A stretch of DNA of 63,614 nt, filler included, from Bipalium vagum (taxonomy: Eukaryota), in the NCBI GenBank assembly GCA_037834085.1. It is 3 parts of 3 records of this genome, joined end to end, with 100 filler letters (N's around TTAATTAATTAA, not from the genome) between each part and the next. Parts side by side here need not be neighbours in the genome. Positions count along the whole stretch, not along the records: positions 1 to 18,050 come from JBBMKC010042687.1; positions 18,151 to 46,608 come from JBBMKC010050381.1; 1 more part is not named here. One strand, written 5' to 3'. The notes beneath the pieces are model-generated. The model did no database searches. It saw nothing but the letters and a program-made list of their open reading frames with translations, and had not been told where the DNA came from. Position 1 is the first letter of the stretch; each line of letters begins with the position of its first letter. Positions 14,941 to 27,329 of the stretch are shown here, piece after piece. Position numbers and translations under genes: made by a program.

Positions 14941-15545
14941 TTAGGTCCAGAAATAACTTCTTGCCGTTTTTCATTTGTGAATCAAAATTAATGAAAGAAT
15001 CATCATTACATTTATAAAAATATCAGCTAATAATTTCTTTATATGACCAACGATGTAATTTTCTTTTTTTCAAGAACTGTGTCCCATCTTCTTGATAATA
15101 ACTTCTTGATACTTATTCTCGATGTTTTGAAGAAAAAAGATCAATTATATCATTTCTCACTTCTTCAATATCAAAACAAAATTCTGGCAATTGATTTTGC
15201 GAAGAAGAAACAAATGAAAGTCTGACATCACCAAATCAGATGAGTATAATTGATGTGAGAAAACATTTCATTAATTTAGTTGAGTTTTCCTTTGACCATA
15301 CTAGACACATGAAAGCGATTGTTGTCTTGGAAATGAATGCACTTTTTTAAAGAAGATTGGACTGCTGTTTTCTTACTCCTTCATTTAAATCATACAATTA
15401 CTCCAGTTATTACCATGTACTTTAACAACAGTTCCCAATGAATGACCCCTTTGACATTCCACAATATAGACATCATAACTTTTTTGGACGAAGCCCCACA
15501 TTTTGAATTTTATCAGACGTTTATTCTTTTTCCAATCATTGCTTT
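14941..15545 (-). mobile_element. mariner 3' fragment
   Basis: TA followed by the TIR ttaggtccagaaataacttcttgccg. The minus strand reads GLRPKKVMMSILWNVKGVIHWELL. Confidence 0.8.
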
Positions 15546-16244
15546 TGACATTTGAAGTTACGTGGTGTGCTTAATGTATAAAGGTTAATGTAAATTTTAA
15601 AATATTATAATTATATAAAGTGCAATTGCGCACAATAACTGATTCAACGTTGTTGAGAAGTACAAATATCTCATATTTTTACACCACCACGGCACTAGTG
15701 GGTTTTGGTATAGCCTTTGATGACTGGGACTACGTTTTCCTACCAGTAATGATTTACACTTAAGATCAATCTCCGTTAGTCATCTGCTACATGTGTGCAG
15801 AAGACGATTTAAATGTGGAGCTTGCCCTTAAATGGCTAAGCGATAGCATCAAAGGTGAAATAAGGGGAGTTTGGAAATACACTCTCAAGACTCAGCTAAA
15901 CTTAATTGTTTGCTGTTTTTGTCTTTGGAATGATGTTGTAGAAGAAAGAAGACCTGGGCAGCCGATGAAGGGCAGAATCAAGTTATTTTTTCATTTTCAC
16001 TTTTACCTTAAGCGCACTCATACCTAGCCGATGATTGGGGATAAACAAGCTCAACGTCAATTCAATATAGAACAGGGACACAGATGGCAGAAAAGACTAA
16101 TATAAAAAGTCAAGGAGAAATTAAAACAAAGATAGATAGAATGGTTGAAAGTGTTAATAATGTAAATGTAAGATATTTATTTTAATATTAATATTTAATA
16201 TTTTAATATATTATTTTATTTTATCAGGTAAATCGCGTTTTTTA

Positions 16245-17352
16245 ATGTCTTTAGAAAATGTGCAATATCAGAGCATCATTCTTTTCCTCTATTTGAAGAA
16301 AAAAAGTCGAGAAGAAATTCAAAAGGAATTAGATGATGTTTATGGTGAACAAGTGCTTCATGGGCTACAACAAAGCAATGGTACAATGAATTTAAAGCTG
16401 GATGAACTTCCGTGGTGGACTTAGAAAAATCAGGAAGGCTATGCGAAATAAGAGAAAAAACAACGAGAAACCTAGATGAAATTATACAAAATGAAAGAGA
16501 GATCACAACAAGAGAGCTTACTGTGCGTCTAAATGTTAGCAAAGATACTATTCAGTCATTATTGACAAGTAGTGGCATCCGAAAGTTGTGCTCACGATTC
16601 GTGACACGTTTTCTAACTGCTGTTATGCTAGCTCACCGCTTGGAATGCTGTCTACAGAACCTGGAAACTTTACAACGTGTTGGGGACCACATGCTGGATA
16701 ACATCATCTGGATGATAAGACGCCTCTATCTCTCTATATTCCGGAGTCTAGAAGGGAATCAAAAGAATGGAAACTTTAGGATAGACCAGTTCAAGAAAGA
16801 TGAAGATATCATCACACACAAAATCTTTAATGCTCTTCATTTTTTGTAATACTAATGGCGCGATTCTCACCGATTTTACAGATTCACCTGTTCGTCTCAA
16901 CAATGAATACTATATCAACCTTGTGCGACAAGCTAGGACACTGAGAAGGAAGAGCCGAGTCTCTGAATTGTATTATCTGCATGACAACGCACCTATTCTC
17001 ACTAAATGATTGTGAACAATAACAATTAAGGATTGTGGCTTAATTTTGCTTCCACATCTTCCCTACAGTTCACATTTGGCTCCTTCCGATTTCTTTTTGT
17101 TCAAACACATCAAGCTGGAACTAAGAGGTAAAAAGGTTCATCAAAAGAAGATTTGCAGAAGACTGTCACTGATTATTTAAACGATAAATCTCCCGATTTG
17201 TTCAAAAATGTCTTCTCGCAACTTGTCACTCGCTGGAAAAAATGCTTTGACGTTTCTGGGAACTTTATTGAAAAATAATTACCTGTACATATTCATTGTT
17301 ATTAATACAAAATTGTTTTGTGGTCGTTTCTTGCTTTCTACCATAGACTCAG
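16245..17352 (+). mobile_element. Decayed mariner, full-length transposase pseudogene
   Basis: MSLENVQYQSIILFLYLK...RKLCSRFVTRFLT...YYLHDNAPI...LPHLPYSSHLAPSDFFLFKHIK...RWKKCFDVSGNFIEK* (stop at 17278). The 3' terminus ends at the TA at 17353-17354. Confidence 0.95.
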
Positions 17353-17354
17353 TA

Positions 17355-17887
17355 CAGGGTGTCCCATAAGTCTCTGTGGAAAGTAAACCTAAATATTTCT
17401 TAAGAAGATTGGGATATTTAATCGCTAGCTTTATAAAATTAAAGACAGGTATTTTAATTTTTATTTCATATAAAAATATTTACAATTGTTCGAAATGACT
17501 ATCTTTAACTGATATACATAAACTTATCCTTTTAAAATATTTAAAAATACGCTATTCAAAGTTTCTGTGGTAACAATTTTTATTTCTTCGGTGATTTCTG
17601 TTTTCAAATCGTCAATATTTTTGATTTCAGATTTGTACATCTTATTCTCTAAATGGCCCCATAAATAGAAGTCAAAAGCAGTTAAATCTGATGAACGTGG
17701 AGCCCATCGAATTGAACCACCTCTTCCAATTGACCTATTAGGGAAATGAGCTTCAAAATACTGTCGTACATTTGTTGAAAATGCGCAGGAGCTCCATCTT
17801 ACTGAAATACCAAAGACCGTACTTTGTACATTTTCCTCACTTCAAACATAAAATAGTCTTGAAGCATTGATATATAATTTTGCCCAT
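17355..17887 (-). mobile_element. DD41D (rosa/VS, DUF4817-type) Tc1/mariner-superfamily relic
   Basis: TA followed by the TIR cagggtgtcccataag. The minus strand reads FQ*DGAPAH...FPNRSIGRGGSIRWAPRSSDLTAFDFYLWGHL. There are 41 residues between the second and third catalytic D after correcting one 1-nt frameshift. Confidence 0.9.
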
Positions 17888-18050
17888 TGTTGGCGCAAAC
17901 CTGCCCCTTAGCTTATCTGACCTTAACTAAGGTTGCTATGGGCTTAACTATCGAGCTCGCACCCAAAAACACCAAAAACAAATTCTCTGAAAATATATTG
18001 ATAAAATGAGGGTAAGACCCTTGTAATTACAACAACAAACTGCAACAGGC

Positions 18051-18150
18051 NNNNNNNNNNNNNNNNNNNNNNNNNNNNNNNNNNNNNNNNNNNNTTAATT
18101 AATTAANNNNNNNNNNNNNNNNNNNNNNNNNNNNNNNNNNNNNNNNNNNN
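18051..18150. other. Scaffolding gap with six-frame stop linker
   Basis: 44 N, then TTAATTAATTAA, then 44 N. Confidence 0.95.
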
Positions 18151-18769
18151 AAAGAGCCTGTATTTGTGAGCAGCAAAATGGTTGCCATTTGACTGATGTG
18201 GTTTACCATACATAATCCTGAAATAACCCCTGTATGTATACTTGTAAATAAAACAATAAAAAATTAAAAATACACTTGTTTGTAAAAGTTATTTTTGTTT
18301 TACACCGGTTAGTCTTTTAGTGGCCACCCTGTATTTGTTAATTATAATTTTATTTAATTCTTCAAGTGAATTTCATGTAATGCACGAAAATAATGTGAAC
18401 ATTCCAAGATCACAAGGACAATAATGAATTCAATTTGTAATGATTTGATCACCTTCATTCTTTAATAAATATCTGATCGCAAAAATGCCTGTGTTTATAC
18501 CAAAACATATTTTATTCAGTCTATTTCTTTTATTTTAATTCTAAGAAAAGATAACAATGTAAATTTAAATTATAAATAAAAAAAACATTTCTTACCATTG
18601 TGACTATCTAACTTCCATAAAACCAAAAATAAATTGAACATAAATATCATCATAACCTTTAGGAAAGTAAAAGAAACTATTACCAATATAATTACAAATA
18701 TAAATAATAATAATAATATTATTATTATTATTTGTATTTTCAAACTTTTTTTGACTGACCTTATCTTTC

Positions 18770-18950
18770 TTTATCATTCAATTCGAAGTTGCCTGATTTA
18801 AATCTGATTTAAACCATAACTTTTACTTTGACAACGAAGTTTCACCACCATATGTTTCCTCAAGCATTTGATGCGTTTTCACTTCTGATTTTTGCATATC
18901 GAATAAAAACATTAGGATATGTCTAAAATATAATTTTGATCAATTCATTT
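18770..18950 (-). mobile_element. mariner N-terminal fragment
   Basis: LYFRHILMFLFDMQKSEVKTHQMLEETYGGE. Confidence 0.7.
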
Positions 18951-19682
18951 ATTGCGCTTTCTAAAAGTTTTTATTTAAACAAATAACATTTCTAAACTTT
19001 TATAAACGTACATCAGATTTTCAGATATTTAAAATAAATTTTTATTTTGACTTTGTACAAATTGAGCTATCGATATTGCCTATTTTAATTTTTGACCAGA
19101 CTAAATGCACCAAAATAATATGATTTCTTGTTACTGTGAACCAAGGTATTTGTTAAAATAGAATACGGAATAAATAATTTTTCTTTATTATTTCTAAAAT
19201 ATACAACAAAAGAAGATTGAAGTTGCAAATAAAATATATAAAATCCAAGTTAAGCATGAAATAAAAATAAATCAAATGGAAAAAATATTCAAGTTTTAGG
19301 ATTGCATTGATTTCCTTTTAATTTACCAACCCTTGAGGTTGAGGATAACAGTTCATAGATAATGTTTTACTCTGGTTATATTTTTTAACTTTATTTTTCA
19401 TAAAAATATTTGGTAAAATAATTTTTATTTAATAGCGTTGAAACATATTATTTCATTTACATTCTGTCTTAAAATAAACAAAACACCGAGGGTTTTTAAA
19501 ATTTTTACAAAAATTTTATTTTTTTTAAAGGAATGATATAAATTTTATCAATGGTGACTTATTTCATTCATTTATTTATTTTTCATTTTGGATATGTTGA
19601 TATTACTAAAACCAAATCAACAAAAATTTTTTTAAATAAATAGTAAATAAGATTTTGTAACATGAGTATACTTGAATAATTA

Positions 19683-20165
19683 TGGTGAAACCTCGTTATA
19701 AGAGATCCTCCTTATAAGGGATACCTCTTTATAATACATTTATAGGGAAGAAATATATTTGTATCAAATTTGAATATGAAAACTGAGCTATTCCACTGTT
19801 ATAAGGAACCATCAATATAAGGGATAATTTTTTCCTATTTTAAAAAAGAAAATTATTCGTCCGAGGGAAATCAAAATCCCTTTAATGTTCCAGCAGTATG
19901 AATATATAAAAATTTGTTTCTTACGAAGAAAATTGTAAAGCCTGGATGTATTGTCTGCAATTTATAGATTGGGTTAATATAATAAATTTAATGAGGATAT
20001 AAAGTGAAAACAGAACTGTTCTCTTACTTTTAGATAACTCACCATGTCATACAGATTGTCAACTACCTAATGTGAAACTTATTTTTGTCGAAATATACAT
20101 TCTGAAAATGCCGCTTTACAGTCGCTCAACGTTAGTAGTATAAGACCATTTAAATGTCAATAAAA
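19683..20165 (+). mobile_element. pogo/Tigger (DDE_1) relic
   Basis: Tigger-like terminus gtgaaacctcgttataag with subterminal ttataag repeats. Reads NRTVLLLLDNSPCH...NVKLIF...LQSLNVSSIRPFK. Confidence 0.8.
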
Positions 20166-20319
20166 TAAGTTTTAAATAAGAAAACTGGTCGATTTACATC
20201 AATTCATGGTAATATTTAAGATATTCAACAACCAATGACTGTACAGATTGTACATATATGATTAAACAGTCTTTGAATTAAATTAATACTGGATATTACA
20301 TATGAGAAAAAAGAAAGAT

Positions 20320-20430
20320 TCATTATCATTTCTTCCATTTGAGTGCAATAGATCTCAGTTGTGACTGATTGACCTTTCTCCATGAACTCATACTCAATTA
20401 CAACGCGATTTTTCGATTTTTCCATAGTCT
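20320..20430 (-). mobile_element. mariner deletion derivative
   Basis: The N-terminus MEKSKNRVVIEYEF is joined directly to the mid-catalytic segment EKGQSVTTEIYCTQMEEM. Confidence 0.65.
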
Positions 20431-21081
20431 GTAAACATAGTATGTAAATATAAATTAATGTCTTCATTATTTAAAAGTATGTATTTTGACAAAATATTAA
20501 AACAAAAAGTATTTATTTATATTTAAAATTCGCAGAGAAATTATTGTTTAAATTTGTCCTATTAAATCTAAGCATTTCATATTTTATGAACTAATAATAT
20601 TTAATAATTAAAACTAGTTAAAAGTATTATTCAATTAAATAATTTAATTTTTATTTAGAAAATTTTGGTTTTAATTAAAAATTATTCATTTATTTTCAAA
20701 TAATTCCACAAATGATTCCAAAATAAATCAAAAAGTCTGAAGAACCTTGTGGAAACATCACCAAAATCGTATGGAAAGCCGAAAAGCTCATTTTACCATG
20801 AAACAATTTTCTGGTATTCGTTCAAATTATTTATTTTTTCATACATAAAAATTTTCCACTTGACTAAGCACAGGGATGAAAAGCTGTCTATTACCATTCT
20901 CAAAAAATTCATTTCTAATTTTCAAAGTTAATGCCGAATATTTTCAACTTCAGGTATCCGCAAATTGCTCACAAAATATTTCTTGCCCACTTGATTGAAA
21001 ATGGAACATTTCCATACAAATAGATTTTACAAAAATTGTAATATAATTTTGTTTAATATCTTTAAAAGATTTGTTATCATA

Positions 21082-22345
21082 TACATGTGTATAAAGTAAG
21101 TATCCGATTTTGAAGTTCATATGCTTGGGTTTCGGGCAACATTTACCGGATGGGTCACTTATTGTTGGTAACATATTTATTTATCGTTTATTCACATTTG
21201 TTTAAATTATTTACTTTATTTAATGTTCATCTTAAATATAGCAGGCATTTCAAAAGTTATTTTACAGTATATTTGGCGATTTCAAATTTTCAAAATGAAA
21301 GAGCAAAGAGAATGTATAAAGTTTTGCGAAAGGAATCGATTAAAGTGTTATGAAGTTTTGAAAATGATGCAGAAGTCATTTTGCGAATCAAGTATGAACA
21401 AACGAGTCATTTACAAATGATATAAGCGTTTTGAAGATGACCTTGAATCATTTTAAGATGACGAAAGAGCTGAGAGACCAAAAACTTCAATTAACGATGT
21501 AAACGTGGAAGAAGTGAAAAAAAGTGAAAACCGTTGAATTACAACCAGGAAGGTTGCTGAAGAAGTGTGTATATCTTACGGTTCATTTGAAGAGATTTTC
21601 ATCAATTGTCTGGGCATGCTGCGAGTTGCTGCGAAATCTTTCCCAAAATTTCTAATCTTTGAGTAAAACCTCCGTAGTAAACCGTCGCCCAAGAAATGAT
21701 AGACCTTGTTACTCACGAGCCAACTTTGCTTAAAAGCATCATAACAGGTGACGAGACGTGGATTTATAGTTATGATTATGAAACAAAGAATCAATCATCT
21801 AAATGGAAGCTACCAAGACAAAAATAGTAAATCAAGTTCGATCGAATGTTAAAGTTCTACTCATTGTTTTTTTTGATTATCATGGTGTCGTGTATCGTGA
21901 GTTTTTGTTTCAAGATGCACAGTTAATAAGAAGTATTATTTGAGTTTGCAATTCTAAAGAAATGACCAGATTTATGGGAAAAAATGTATGGAAACTCCAC
22001 CAAGATAATACAACAGCTCACACTAGTTTGTTTGTTAAGAATTTTTTATCAAAAATTAATACAACATTGATACAACAACTATCCTATTCACCTTGCGACT
22101 TTTTTCCCTTTTCAAAGATGAAAAAAGCAGTGATAAAAAAGCGTTTTGATATAATTGAAGAAATAAAAGCAAAATCACTGACATACCAAAATCTGCGTTT
22201 CAGAAGTGCTTTGAAGACTGGAATAAAAGGTGGAACATATGCGTCATATCTGATGGGAACTATTTTGAAGGAGAGAATATAAAAAATCGTAATTAAATAA
22301 TTACTGTCTTTGAAAATACATTTTTGTACGAATTTTTTGATCAAC
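21082..22345 (+). mobile_element. Decayed near full-length mariner
   Basis: MKEQRECIKFC (ATG at 21295), IITGDETWIYSYDYET, WKLHQDNTTAH, PCDFFPFSKMK and C-terminal DGNYFEG. Confidence 0.95.
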
Positions 22346-22356
22346 ACACACACACA

Positions 22357-22930
22357 CATAAACTCAGTAATTGAGAGGGCAGTGTGGTAACGTGCATTGC
22401 CACAATGCAATATCCAGTTGTTTTTGATAGCTAGTCTCACGCGAATAACTCTTTTTCGTAGCTTTTCCAGGACTGAAGATAAAAATTTTGATTTACAGTT
22501 TGTCATGTAGGCAGAAAATGAACAATGTCATTTGAATCAAAGAAATAAATAATTTTTTAATAAATCATATTTTCCACTTTGGATTTGCTCATTCTTGCCT
22601 TTTTCGGACTAGGTGAATTGTAAGTGTGCAATTATTTAATCTGACGTTTTGTTTCTGGATCATACTCAAAAATCCACGATTCATCACCGGTGATAACATG
22701 TTTTAGAAAATCAGCATTTCTTTCAACTTGGCCCAAGGGATTTTCTTGTCAAAAATTTTCCATTCTGTTGTCTTTCTGTTGAACAGTGAGATCTTTTGGA
22801 ACCAAGTTTTCACAAACCTTTCTCATGTTTAATTCTTCCCTCAAAACTTGATGTACTTTAATAATGTTCGAATCCAGCTCTTCTGTAATCATTTTTGTAG
22901 TCAATCATCTATCCTTTCGCACCGTACTTT
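22357..22930 (-). mobile_element. mariner central fragment
   Basis: VITGDESWIFEYDPETKRQ and WILHCGNARYHTALSITEF. Confidence 0.9.
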
Positions 22931-23179
22931 GCTAATAAAAAAAATCTATGTAAAAAAACAATGAAATTTTTTAAAATGTGTAACAGTAATGTCTTTAAAA
23001 TTGCCAGTAGCCTCTTAATACTTTTGAGCAGAAGTGTATAAACTACGTCCAAACCATAAAGTGAAGTTTTATTTTACAGTAAAAAAGAAAGAAAAATCAT
23101 ATTTTTCAAATATGTCACCAATGCTATAACATTAATACAAGTCATTCATGTTTGATATTTACAGCCGTTCTTCCGGAAT

Positions 23180-23970
23180 TAATAATATGGTTGATAGTAC
23201 AAGATTTCGTGCCAAAGAGAGAAGTAAGTAATTCTTCTTTGGTATACCAAAATTCGGCTTGTATTATTCAGGTTGTTGCCCAAGAATTTCTGGCATCTTT
23301 TACTTAAATCATGAAAAAAAATCGGATATAATGTAAAATTCTGGAAATGGAGTTGGCTGATTCGTAACAATGATTATTGGAATTGTACTGTTCCTAAAAC
23401 CATTTAACTTTTGAACATCTTTTTTACCAATATGAGGTAGAGCATTATCCATTTGAGTGAAAAACTTTTTAAACCAATGCATCTTGTTTGGAATTGATAG
23501 CATAATTTCATCAAACATCACTTCGCAAAAATGGGAGAAGTGCATTCAATTTTGTACGTTGGGTCTCGTGGTCTTCCAGAATCTGCCTGATATCTTTCAC
23601 GATTGAAGGAATACAAATCGAACGATTTTTTTTCAATATCCATATCATTGTATCATATCTAATATCTGTGATATTGTCACCAATGAAACATCTTAGCCTC
23701 TTGATTATCTGATAAACGCTCTCTGAGTTATGATTTTGAATTTTTCATCTTTAATACTTCTTCCGACACTAGTTGTTTCAATGGCAGTTACCTGTGAAAT
23801 GTCACAGATGCTACTGGAGCGACGTTCAAGAATGTTATTTGTTACTACAATCATCCGTTCTGTGTAGTTTTCAATTCAAAGTCTTCCAGAGCCTGGTTTT
23901 CTTGCGAATAAGCCACGAAAAAAACTTTGTCTCGCAATTTTTTTGGTACTATTGAACAAAAAAACCCTGT
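23180..23970 (-). mobile_element. Highly decayed Tc1/mariner-superfamily element
   Basis: Terminal accctg followed by TA. DSGRPR and FTQMDNALPH-like motifs. Confidence 0.5.
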
Positions 23971-24803
23971 ATAAAAAAATTTATTATATTTTTATTTTTA
24001 ATACTAATAAATTTGATGAATGTATTAATATACATTAATATACATTTAAAAATAAACATAAAATATATTTAAAAATTATATATTTATAAATTAAAATACA
24101 CTTAATAACTGTCACGTTAGCCGTCGTGAATCATGTTTTTTTGTGTTTAATCATGTTGAACGGATAAATAAAATTTTATAAAACGGATTAGTCATGTTGT
24201 CTGTTTCTTGTACCCTGTACATACGCAATAAAATACCAAAAAATCCATAAATAATAAAAAAAAATCTTGGATCATTGCATATTTTGGTTCAACCTTTTCA
24301 AATTTAATCGGCAATCTACCATAATTGAATAATAAAAGAATTTTATATTTTTCAAAGACTTGACATTTAAAAATTCTTAAAAAACAAACAGAAATAGTTA
24401 TTTAAAACAACATTAACTCATTTGATAAAATTAATAAACACATATTTTATTTTAGTTTATTTGCTGATAAATATTTTCAACTAATATTTTATTTTTTATG
24501 GATATTTAAGTTTTGCTTTAATCATAATAAAAAAAAATTTATGATCATGAGCATATAATATTAAATAAAAATATACAATTTAAAGAATTAATATCTTAAA
24601 GAAATATTTTGTTCTTTTTATTTTGTTATGTTTTGGAGCAATAACAATGATGATAATAATAATAGTAATAGTAATTATAATAATATTAAAAAATAGTAAT
24701 TAGTAATAATAATAAGAACTATATTATTTTGTTTTGCAATTAAATAATAATAATAATAATAATAATAAAATTTTCTTTAATAAATATTTTTTTTGTCATT
24801 TTC

Positions 24804-25578
24804 TGTAATGACAAAATCCAACCATGGGGATTTTTCGCGAGATTAGGCTAATGGATTTCCTGACAGGATTCCATCAGCCTTGAGTAGTCTATCTCGGCGT
24901 GGAGATAGAGTGGATAGCTATTAGGGAAAATAGCCGTCTCTAAGCTTAGGGAGTGGTGATTGTAGACCAATCTCTACGCCTAAATAAAGAGCGTGAATTT
25001 GCCAAAAATATATAGAAAAGAATCAATTCAGAATAAACTTCGAGCTGAGCGACAATTCAGAATCAATTTCGAGACAAAGGCAATTATATCAGTTTTTCAT
25101 CCTAGTGGATATGGCGACGCAGAAGGATTTAAAAAGGGGACCCAGCGAGCTTGGAAACCCCTAGGTGACCTGAGAAGGACCTTGAGGGTGACCCGGGGAT
25201 CTCTTGTCACTTTAGATGAGACCGTTTTGTTTTTATTCTCGACTCTTTCTTCTGTGATCATCATTTTCTTCTCTTTTATTATAATAGTAACAGTATTTAT
25301 TTTTATTTTATTTTATTTATTTATCATTATTCTCGATGACATTATTATTCATTGGAGTCATTGATTATAGGGTGATTTAAAGAAGTGGATTGTCGTTGTG
25401 CTCTTTATTTTCCAGTGTGATTGTGTTTTGTTCAAATAAAGTTTTATTGTAGAAGTTTGATTCAGTTCTTGAAGGTGCGGATACGGTATTGTGGTGGGTG
25501 TTTTGATTCGAAAAGGTTGAAAGGATTATGAACACAACGATTTATAAAAGTGAGGAGTCACGAGCACACGTTACTACG
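24804..25578 (+). mobile_element. Probable solo LTR
   Basis: GC-elevated block from TGTAATGAC to GTTACTACG (imperfect inverted ends), with TATA-like atttaaaaag near 25127 and AATAAA near 25435. No clear TSD. Confidence 0.5.
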
Positions 25579-26569
25579 TCTAAGTATAATAGTAACAATT
25601 TTACAATTGTATTATGCTCAACAAATCTTAATAGAAACAGATTGTGAACTAAATTGATAATGTCACACGTATTTCTTGGCTTTGACAAACATACACAGGA
25701 GGTAAGTTTTCTTTCTTTTATTTCACATTAGAATAGAAGTATCATTATAAATCCCTGGAGATGATAACGTAAAATAATTATTCTTTAGAGTTTCATTTTA
25801 AATTTTGTAAGGTGAAGTACTAGTCAGTATCTCTAATGTCTCTTTGTTTGTTTCGATGTCTTGTAATGGCATCTTTTTTTTATAACTTCTCATTGATTGT
25901 TGGTGTTTGCAAATTACTTTGAATACTAATACTGGAATGGTCAAATTTGTTAATGAGATTCGTGATGGTCTGATGTACCAAATTAGTTAATAAAATCTTT
26001 ACAGTAATCCAAGTCATTTCTTGTAAATAATTAGACAAAAATCTCTCTCTCTAACTCTGCAACTTTCAGACCCCGTTTAAAAGAGAATAAAAGCAGATAT
26101 TTGAAATTGTTTAGTTTTTATAATTGTTTTTCTTATATTGTTTTTATCTATTTCTGAAAACTTTATATTTAAATAAAAATTATTAAAATATTTGGATATA
26201 TAATCAGGAATTTCAAATTATTCATTTTTACCCAACTAAAGTAAAACAAAATTAAATGAACAAAAACTAATAAAAAAGAAAATCATGTTACAACTAACAA
26301 TACATATAAGAACAGGTGAATTAATAAATAATTTAGTTCTAAGAAATTATTTTTAATAAATAATAATATAACTGATAAATCGAAAATAGAAATTTTATTT
26401 ATAAAAAAAACGAAACAGATAAAATATTAATTAACTTTGAAATAGTAACAAAAAATCATTAAATAAAACACGAATTAATTCATAAATAATTTATTAAAAA
26501 TTCATTTTAGAAAATATTTTTTTTTCAATATTAAAATATAATTAATAAATAAAATTTTCTGTTTAAGTA

Positions 26570-27000
26570 AACTATCCCGATGTTACGGCTGATATTAGGA
26601 CTCATGTCTTATAATTCATGAATGATGATTATCTTCTTTCATGTTTTGATTTAGAAATGTCTTCTGTTTCCATTTCATATAACATTAAAAAAAGAGAAAG
26701 ATCACACAATGTTGTCAGGTAACCCATAAATATTCTTCTGTTTCAACCCTTAGGAAATACATTTATCATTAATAGAATAAGCTGATTTCAGGAATGACAT
26801 TTATTTAATTATTTCAATAAGCATTTTAGACCGGTCTCTATTATCAGCTTATCAAGATATTGTTTAATCCTTATTATGTATATTTAGTATTATAATGGAT
26901 ATTGTAGAGATTCATCTTTTATGTGAGTTATATGTTACGAGTAGATTGGAAAATCTTCAACATTTTGACTTAATAATGAACAAGAAAGATAATCTAAAAT
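26570..27000 (-). mobile_element. Probable Penelope-like element relic (RT C-terminus and GIY-YIG region)
   Basis: Ordered degenerate motifs on the minus strand: HIKDESLQYP, an IY..T.QHC segment, QNMKEDNHH and SPNISRNIG. Confidence 0.4.
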
Positions 27001-27329
27001 TGATATCAATTTTAATAAGTTACTGAAAACACCTGTGAACCCTTTACTTTAAATTAACTGACATGAAATTATTTCAAGGTCGAAACATTTATACTATGAT
27101 ACTACAGTGAAAAAATAATGTTGGATTCGAAACAAAGGAAGTTAAATTAATCTAAGAGGAGGAGACAGAAACTGTACACAATACCAATTCGGGTAAAATA
27201 GTGGAATAATGAAGTTAGATAAGGAGAGAGTTCAATGCAAAATACAGTGATGCTATCGATTACTCTGTTTGCAGAGATAAGATAATCTTTCGAATATGTT
27301 TTTAATATAAGATCAGTTTAAGGATGAAT

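Noticed and set aside
18095-18106. Palindromic TTAATTAATTAA inside N runs (also at 46653-46664)
   Set aside because: It is centred identically in two 100-bp gaps and has stops in all six frames, so it is a scaffolding linker rather than biology.
24993-25364. 123-aa ORF with a hydrophobic tail
   Set aside because: It has a GTG start, lies inside the LTR-like block, and the tail derives from T-rich low-complexity sequence.
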